Origin: the human T2T-CHM13v2.0 reference genome, Homo sapiens
Length of the DNA stretch: 64,000 nucleotides
Direction of reading: 5' to 3'
Assembly: GCA_009914755.4 (NCBI GenBank)
Contig: CP086569.2
Span: forward strand, 61,344,001-61,408,000
Shown: in pieces, positions 42,216-64,000 of the stretch
Numbering within the stretch: the first letter of the stretch is position 1
How the letters are laid out: every line of letters begins with the position of its first letter
Notes under the pieces: generated by a model
Database searches by the model: none
What the model was told of the DNA's origin: nothing
Seen by the model: only the letters and a program-made list of their open reading frames with translations
Position numbers and translations under genes: made by a program

Positions 42216-44968
42216 TTTCATTATATTTCAACACTTTCCATTACACTCTGTTCGAGTCCATTCCATTCCAGTCCATTTAATTCAAGGGCATTCCATTCCA
42301 TTCCATTCCATTCCATTTCATATTATTCCATTCCATTCAATTCCATTCCAGATGATTCCATTCCATTCTATACCATTGCTCTCTGTTCCATTCCATTCCA
42401 TCTGTCTCCATTCCTTTCGTTTCGATTCCTTTCCATTCCATTCCATTACATTTGATCCTATTTTATTAAATTGCATTCTATTCGAGTGATTTCCATTCGA
42501 CTCCTTTCCATTCGATTCCATTACATTCTATTCCATTCCTTTGGATTCCATTCCATTCCGTTCCGTTCACATCAATTCCTTGCGATTCCATTACATTCGA
42601 TTTCTTGCCATTCGATTCCATTCCTTTTGACTCCATTTCATTCGATTCCATTCCATTCCATTAATTTCCACTCCATTCGAGACCTTTCCATTGCAATCTT
42701 ATCCCTTCGAGTCCATTCCGTTCGATTCCCTTCCATTCGATTCCATTCCATTGGAGTCCGTACCAGTCGAGTCCATTCTATTCCAGTCCTTTAGTTTCGA
42801 CTCCATTGCATTCGAGTGCATTCCATTCCGTGGCTGTCCATTCCATTCCGTTTGATGCCATTCCATACGATTCCATTCAATTCGAGACCATTCTATTCCT
42901 GTCCATTCCTTGTGGTTCGATTCCATTTCACTCTAGTCCATTCCATTCCATTCAATTCCATTCGACTCTATTCCGTTCCATTCAATTCCATTCCTTTCGA
43001 TTCCATTTTTTTCGAGAACCTTCCATTACACTCCCTTCCATTCCAGTGCATTCCATTCCAGTCTCTTTAGTTCGCTTCCATTCCATTCGTTTCGATTCCA
43101 TTCCATTCCAGCCCATTCCATTCCATTCCATTCCTTTCCATTCTGTTTCATTAGATTACATTGCATTCTATTCCATTCAATTCAATTCCGTGCTATTCAA
43201 TTTGATTCATTTCCATTTAATTCCATTCCATTAGATTCCATTCCGTTCGATTCCATTCCTTTCGAATCCATTCCATTGGAGTCAATAAACTTCCAGAACA
43301 TTCCATTCCAGTCGAATCCATTCGAGTACATTCCATTAATGTTCATTACATTCTAATACATTCCATTCCATTGCATTCCATTCCATTGCATTCCATTGCA
43401 CTGCACTCCATTCCATTACATTCTATTCTATTTGAGTCGATTTTATTGCATTAGATTCTATTCCATTGGATTACTTTCCATTCGATTACATTCCATTCAT
43501 GTACATTCCATTCCAGTCAATTACATTCGAGTTCATTACATTACATTCCAGTATATTCCATTGTATTCGGTCCCATTCCTTTCAATTCCATTTCATTCGA
43601 CTCCATTATATTCGATTCCATTCCACTCGAATCCATTCCATTAGAGGACATTCCATTCCAGTGCATTCCATTCCATTCCATAGCATTCCATTGCATTCGA
43701 TTCCATTCCATTTGATGCCATTCCATTTGATGCCATTCCATGACATTCCATTCCATTCGAGTCCATTCCGTTCCAATTCATTCCATTCCGTTTCATGAAA
43801 TTCGAGTTCTTTCCAGTACATTTCATTCCAATCCCATCCAATCCCATCTACTCCATTCAATTCCTTTCCATTCCATTTGATTATATTCCATTGATTTGAT
43901 TCCATTCAGTTTGATTCCATTCCGTGAAATTTCGTTCCATTCTATTCCATTGCATTACTTTCCATTCAATTCCATTCCATTTCATTTCAGTCCATTCGCT
44001 TCCTTTCCTTTCGACTCAATTCCATTTGATTCCACTCCATTCTATGCGATTTCATTCCAATCGATTCAATTCCATTCGATGACATTCCTTTCGTTTCCAT
44101 TCCATTCGAGTCCATTCAATTTGAGCATTCGTGTGCATTCTATTCGAGTCCATTCCATTACCGTCTATTCTATTCCCTTCCATTCCTGTTGATTCAATTT
44201 CATTCCCTTCCATTCGATTCCTTTCCATTCGATTCCATTCCTTTCCATTCCATTCCATTCGTTCCCATTCCATGTGATTTCATTCCATTCCAGTCCATTA
44301 TATTCGAGTCCACTCCACTCCATTCTATTACATTCAATTCCTTATGAGTCCGTTCCATAACACTTCCATTCATTTCGATTCCATTTCTTGCCAGTTTTCT
44401 TCCATTTTATTCCATTCTGTTCGATTCCATTCCGTTCGATTGCATTCCATTCGAATCCTTTCTATTCCATTCCATTTCATTCGATTTGATTCCATTCTGT
44501 TCTATTCCATTCAATTCTTTTTCATTCCATTCGAATCCTTTCTATTGCATTCCATTCCATTCGATTCCATTCCAATCCCTTCCATTCCATTCCATTACAG
44601 TCCATTCCTATAGATTCCATTCCTTTGCCTTCCATTCTAGTCCATTCCATTTCAGTCAATTCCTTTCCAATCCATTCGATTGGATTTGATTCTCTTTCAT
44701 TCTATTTGATTGCACAGCATTCCATTCCGTTTGATTCCAGCCCATTCAAGAAAGTTCTATTCCAGTCCATTGCTTTCGAGTAAATTCCATTCAACTCTAG
44801 TCTATTCCACTCCATTCCTTTCCATTCCATTCCATACTATTCCATTCCATTCCTTTGCATTCTGTTTCCAATCTATTCGAGTCCATTGCATTCCTGTGCA
44901 ATCCATTCGATTGCATTCCTTTTAATTCCCTGCCAGTCGATTGCATTGCATACTAGACCATTCCAAAG
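42216..44968 (+). repeat. Terminal DYZ1-like HOR unit 13, truncated and degenerate. It has a ~705 bp internal deletion near 43,385-43,395. Its last ~630 bp (44,340-44,968) carry many small indels and substitutions before the array ends.
   Basis: ORF-marker spacing 42806 -> 43396 is 590 bp, versus ~1,295 bp in intact units. Both deletion ends lie in ccattccattgca motifs. The region 44,340-44,968 aligns to the unit consensus only with multiple 15-25 bp deletions and scattered mismatches. Confidence 0.75.

Positions 44969-44975
<7 letters not shown>
44960..44975. other. Junction between the DYZ1-like and DYZ2-like arrays
   Basis: ...ccattccaaaggagtccata | tgatatattatggaaagtatgtaataaaa.... The left side matches the DYZ1 unit (normally ggagtccattccattctatctc). 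The right side matches the AT core of the DYZ2 units (compare 47,361 atattatgatatattattgaatgtacgtaataaaag). Confidence 0.85.
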
Positions 44976-49127
<4,152 letters not shown>

Positions 49128-50708
49128 TATATATCATAAATATTGCATGTTATGTGCTATGCCTTATATGTAACATATAACCTCATATATTTTATATGTC
49201 ATAGTATATAATATTTATCCTGTGTCATCTTATGTATACTATATATTACATAACATTTATAATATATAATACATATTATACATCTTATATATGAAAATAT
49301 ATTATTATAGATAACATAATATATAGTTATATGTAATATGATATATAACAAATATACTATATCATATATGATATATAATATATATATTTTAGTACATATT
49401 ATAATTTTTATATATTATTATTTATATAATGATATAATTTTTTCTAGAATATAAATAAATATATATGATTATATAATTATATATACTGTAAATGAAAACA
49501 TATGGAATTACATCTTTATGTAGTTATATGTATAATAATGTAATTATATATATAATTATATATATCACATAATAGACAACATATATAATATAAAATGTAT
49601 AATATATATTATACAATATATGATACATGATATATATGATATTTAATACATCATAATATAATCTATATTTTAATATTATGTATGTAACTTATATTATGTA
49701 ATATATAATATATATTATGTAATATAAAATAATATAATATATATTATATTATGATATTTTATGTAAAGTGTAATAAAACTATATAAGACATAATTTATAG
49801 TTATATATAATATATTTCATAGTTATATATATTATATTACATATTTACATAAAATATTATACAGTTATATATTATTTCACATACTTATATATAACATAAT
49901 ATAAAACATATATAATACATACATAAAATATATATTGTATACCATATATATAATGTATCATATATTGTATATTATATATCATATATTGTATATCATATAT
50001 CATATATTATATGTTATATATATCATATTCCGCATATTGTATATTATAAATTATATATAATATATGACATTCATTATATTACATGTAATAAATTATACAT
50101 TATAGGTAACATAGTATATATTATATATAACCAGTATATTCTATGTAAAATATATAATATACAACATATATGACATATAATTAATAACATAGTCATATAA
50201 TATATATTTAATATATATATTATACATACAACGTATTGTATATAATATATAATATAAATTATACAGGTCATAAAATATAATATATATATTATGTCATATT
50301 TTATATATAAAATTATATATTATTATATGTTGTTTTACACTATATATAACATAGACATAATATATATATTATATATAAGGTATATTATATATAACTTAGG
50401 TACACTATATATAATACTTATAATATATATTTTATATTTAATACGTATATTAACCATATAATATATTATATATGATATATAATATATATTATATATGTTA
50501 TAAAATATAATATATATTATATGTCATATTCTATAAATATAAAACTTATATATTATCAATTATTATATTATATACAATATATATAATATAAGATGCAGGA
50601 TGTAAAACAATATTATACATAGGTTATACATGTTATATATATGATACTGTATATTATTATATACATAATGTATACGTATGTTTGTGTGTGCCCTATTTCC
50701 CATCTCAT
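49128..50708 (+). repeat. DYZ2-like truncated unit. It has the AT core plus only the first ~25 bp of the GC-richer segment, ending at a ~1.1 kb deletion junction (50,708/50,709).
   Basis: At 50,684-50,708, gtgtgtgccctatttcccatctcat is followed directly by tataatttatataatgatataatttt, which normally lies ~290 bp into the next AT core. Marker spacing 48436 -> 52138 is 3,702 bp, i.e. 2 x 2,416 minus ~1,130 bp. Confidence 0.75.
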
Positions 50709-52828
50709 TATAATTTATATAATGATATAATTTTTTATAGAATATAAATAATTATGATTATATAATTCTATATATTATAAATGAAAATATATAGAATTAC
50801 ATGTTTATATAGTTATATGAATAATAATACAATTATATATATAGTTATATATATCACATAATAGACAACATGCATATTATATAATGCATAATATATATTA
50901 TAGAATATATGATACATGATATATATGATATTTAATATAACATAATATAATCTATATTTTAATAGTATGTATGTTACTTATATTGGGTGATATTGAATAT
51001 ATATTATGTAATATGAAATAATATAATATATTTTATATTATTATATTTTATGTAAATTATGTTATAAAAGTATATATAACATAAAATATAGTTATATATA
51101 ATATATTATATAGTTATATATATTATATTACATATTTACATAAAATATTATACAGTTATATATAATTTCAAATAGTTATATATAACAGAATATAAAACAT
51201 ATAGAATACATATCATAAAATATATATTGTATACCATATATATTACGTATCATATATTGTATGTTATATATCATATACTTTATATCATATATCATATATG
51301 TTATATATATCACATTCCACATATTGTATATTATAAATTATATATAATATATGACATTCATTATATTACATGTAATAAATTATACATTATAGGTAACATA
51401 GTATATATTATATATAACCGGTATATTCCATGTAAAATATCTAATATATAACATATGTGACATGTAATTAATAACATCGTCATATAATATATATTTAATA
51501 TAGGTATTACACATACAACGTAATATATATAATATATAATACATGTTACATATGTCATAAAATATAATATATATTATATGTCACATTTTATATATACAAT
51601 TATATATTATTATACGTTGGTTTATACTATATAAAACATAGACATAATATATATATTATGTATAATGGGTATTATATATAACAGATATATTATATATAAT
51701 ATATATAATGTATAATTTATATTTAATACGTATATTAACCGTATAATATATTCTATATATTATATATAACATATATTATATATGTCATAAATTATAATAT
51801 ATACTATATGTCATATTGTATAAATATAAAACTTATATATTATCAATTATTATATTTTACACAATATATATAATATAAGATGCAGGATGTAAAACAATAT
51901 TATATATAGGTTATATATATTATATATATGATACTGTATATTATTATATACATAATGTATACGTATGTTTGTGGGTGCCCTTTTTCCCATCTCATAACTT
52001 GTTTTAAGAAGCGCAGCCTAATAACGTGTGGGCTTGGGATTCAGTTCTTGAAACAAAACTCTGAGCCTTCAATGACCTTTCGGTCTATGTAAAAGCACTC
52101 CTGTCTTCCTGGCAGCAGTTGGACCTCACAATGTGGATTGTGCCCTCACCCAGCAATGTTTATGCCCTATCGCCATGGTGACGGAATTAGGGGTCTCCTG
52201 CTCTTCGTTCTAAGGACCACTGTCTGTGCTGTGTCTTTCAAAGGTCAGAAGAGATTGAACCTTTGTGGTTTCATTTTCCCTGAGTTTGCTTTTTCTCATG
52301 GGGAACCTGTGTTGCTGCTCTGAAGGTATATTCATACTGGCCTTTCAAAGGCCAACTCTTCAAATTACTAGTTAAGGCTTTCAAAATATGTTATTTAAAA
52401 AGTTATCCTCTGTATTTTCCATATGCAGTTATAAGTAGGTTTCATGGTTATGTTTTATTCCTCAGTTTATACATTTGATTATTGTACCAAGCAGAGTACC
52501 TTTGAAATTTTTTTTCATTTAAAAAATATGGATCTTGGCTCAGGCCTGTAATCCCAGCAAATTTGGAGGCCAAGGAAAGGGGATCACAAGGTGAAGAGAT
52601 CAAGACCATCCTGGCCAATACAGTGAAACGCTGTCACTACTAAAAATCCAAAAAATTAGCTAGGCATGGTGGCAGCTGCCGTAGTCCCAGTGTGGTGTAG
52701 TCCCAGCTACCTGGGAGGCTGAGGGAGGCCAATCGCTTGGACCCTTGAGGCAGATGTTGCAGTGAGCAAAGATGGCGCCATTGTACCCCACCCTGTGCAA
52801 CAGGACAAGATTCTGTCTAAAAAAAAAT
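50709..52828 (+). repeat. DYZ2-like unit lacking the first ~290 bp of the AT core (GC-richer 51,970-52,536; Alu 52,537-52,828)
   Basis: This unit continues from the deletion junction. The GC-richer segment and Alu are intact. Confidence 0.75.
52537..52828 (+). mobile_element. Alu copy within the DYZ2-like unit
   Basis: ggctcaggcctgtaatcccagc... through ...gattctgtctaaaaaaaaa. Confidence 0.9.
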
Positions 52829-63400
<10,572 letters not shown>

Positions 63401-64000
63401 AAGATCCATATTTTTTAAATGAAAAAAAATTTCAAAGGTACTCTGCTTGGTACAATAATCAAATGTATAAACTGAGGAATAAAACATAACCATGAAACCT
63501 ACTGATAACTGCATATGGAAAATACAGAGGATAATTTTTTAAATAACATATTTTGAAAGCCTTAACTAGTAATTTGAAGAGTTGGCATTTGAAAGGCCAG
63601 TATGAATATACCTTCAAAGCAGCAACACAGGTTCCCCATGAGAAAAAGAAAACTCAGGGAAAATAAAACCACAAAGGTTCAATCTCTTCTGACCTTTGAA
63701 AGACACAGCACAGACAGTGGTCGTTAGGACGAAGAGCAGGAGAACCCTAATTCCGTCACCGTGGCGATAGGGCATAAACATTGCTGGGTGAGGGCACAAT
63801 CCACATTGTGAGGTCCAACTGCTGCCAGGAAGACAGGAGTGCTTTTACATAGACCGAAAGGTCATTGAAGGCTCAGAGTTTTGTTTCAAGAACTGAATCC
63901 CAAGCCCACACGTTATTAGGCTGCGCTTCTTAAAACAAGTTATGAGATGGGAAAAAGGGCACCCACAAACATACGTATACATTATGTATATAATAATATA
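63401..64000 (-). repeat. Inverted DYZ2-like unit continuing to the window end (GC-richer segment 63,401-63,966; AT core from 63,967)
   Basis: Minus-strand ORF marker at 63614..63799. Spacing to the previous inverted marker is 2,416 bp. Confidence 0.8.

Larger units (their letters stand above)
1..44968 (+). repeat. Pentameric (TTCCA)n / (GGAAT)n satellite array (HSat3-type) organised as a ~3.56 kb higher-order repeat; consistent with DYZ1 of Yq12. The + strand carries the pyrimidine-rich TTCCA strand throughout; no orientation switches and no TE insertions.
   Basis: Direct reading shows ttccattcca... with degenerate pentamers throughout. Long-range periodicity is shown by identical marker strings and ORF-track strings recurring every ~3,560 bp (e.g. 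the minus-strand ORF at 103, 3662, 7230, 10779, 13893, 20991, 24555, 28113, 31692, 35241, 38775, 42318). The unit length matches the published ~3.56 kb DYZ1 HaeIII repeat built from TTCCA pentamers. Confidence 0.85.

Noticed and set aside
1-44968. Hundreds of 60-310 aa ORFs on both strands of the ORF track (FHSIP-rich on +, MEWNG-rich on -)
   Set aside because: They are a direct consequence of the pentamer: TTCCA read in any frame gives F-H-S-I-P, and TGGAA gives W-N-G-M-E, with no stop codon. The 'proteins' are low-complexity and overlap each other in all frames. Their lengths change with single-pentamer indels. This is not coding.
1-44968. Classifying the pentameric array as HSat2 rather than HSat3
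   Set aside because: HSat2 is built from more diverged ATTCC-derived ~23-26 bp units. Here near-perfect (ATTCC)n runs dominate, with the 3.56 kb HOR typical of Y-linked HSat3/DYZ1. Formal classification needs a RepeatMasker/Dfam comparison that I cannot run.

Overview
No protein-coding genes, RNA genes, CRISPR arrays or prokaryotic-type systems are supportable anywhere in this window. It is human constitutive heterochromatin made of two tandem satellite arrays.

(1) Positions 1-44,968 are a pentameric (TTCCA)n/(GGAAT)n Human Satellite 3-type array. It is organised as a ~3.56 kb higher-order repeat (HOR). I measured 13 units in a single orientation, with periods of 3,534-3,579 bp, plus two deletion variants. 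There are no interspersed transposable elements.

(2) Positions 44,969-64,000 are a ~2.42 kb tandem repeat. Each unit has a ~1.55 kb extremely AT-rich core, a ~565 bp GC-richer segment, and a 5'-truncated Alu with poly(A) tail.

A 3.56 kb TTCCA-based unit directly abutting a 2.4 kb AT-rich+Alu unit matches the published descriptions of DYZ1 and DYZ2 (HSat1B), the two alternating arrays of Y-chromosome Yq12. That assignment rests on established knowledge, not on a database search.

The six-frame ORF track is an artefact. The pentamer has no stop codon in any frame on either strand, so the DYZ1 'ORFs' are spurious. The AT-rich core gives low-complexity I/Y/N ORFs.

The most noteworthy structures are:
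- the DYZ1/DYZ2 junction at ~44,968, with a degenerated terminal DYZ1 unit;
- a head-to-head inversion breakpoint inside the DYZ2 array at 60,972/60,973;
- internal deletion variants of both repeat types;
- a mosaic pattern in which non-adjacent DYZ1 units share private variants, pointing to multi-unit duplication or gene conversion.

I see no evidence of a novel biological 'system' here. The interest is structural and evolutionary.
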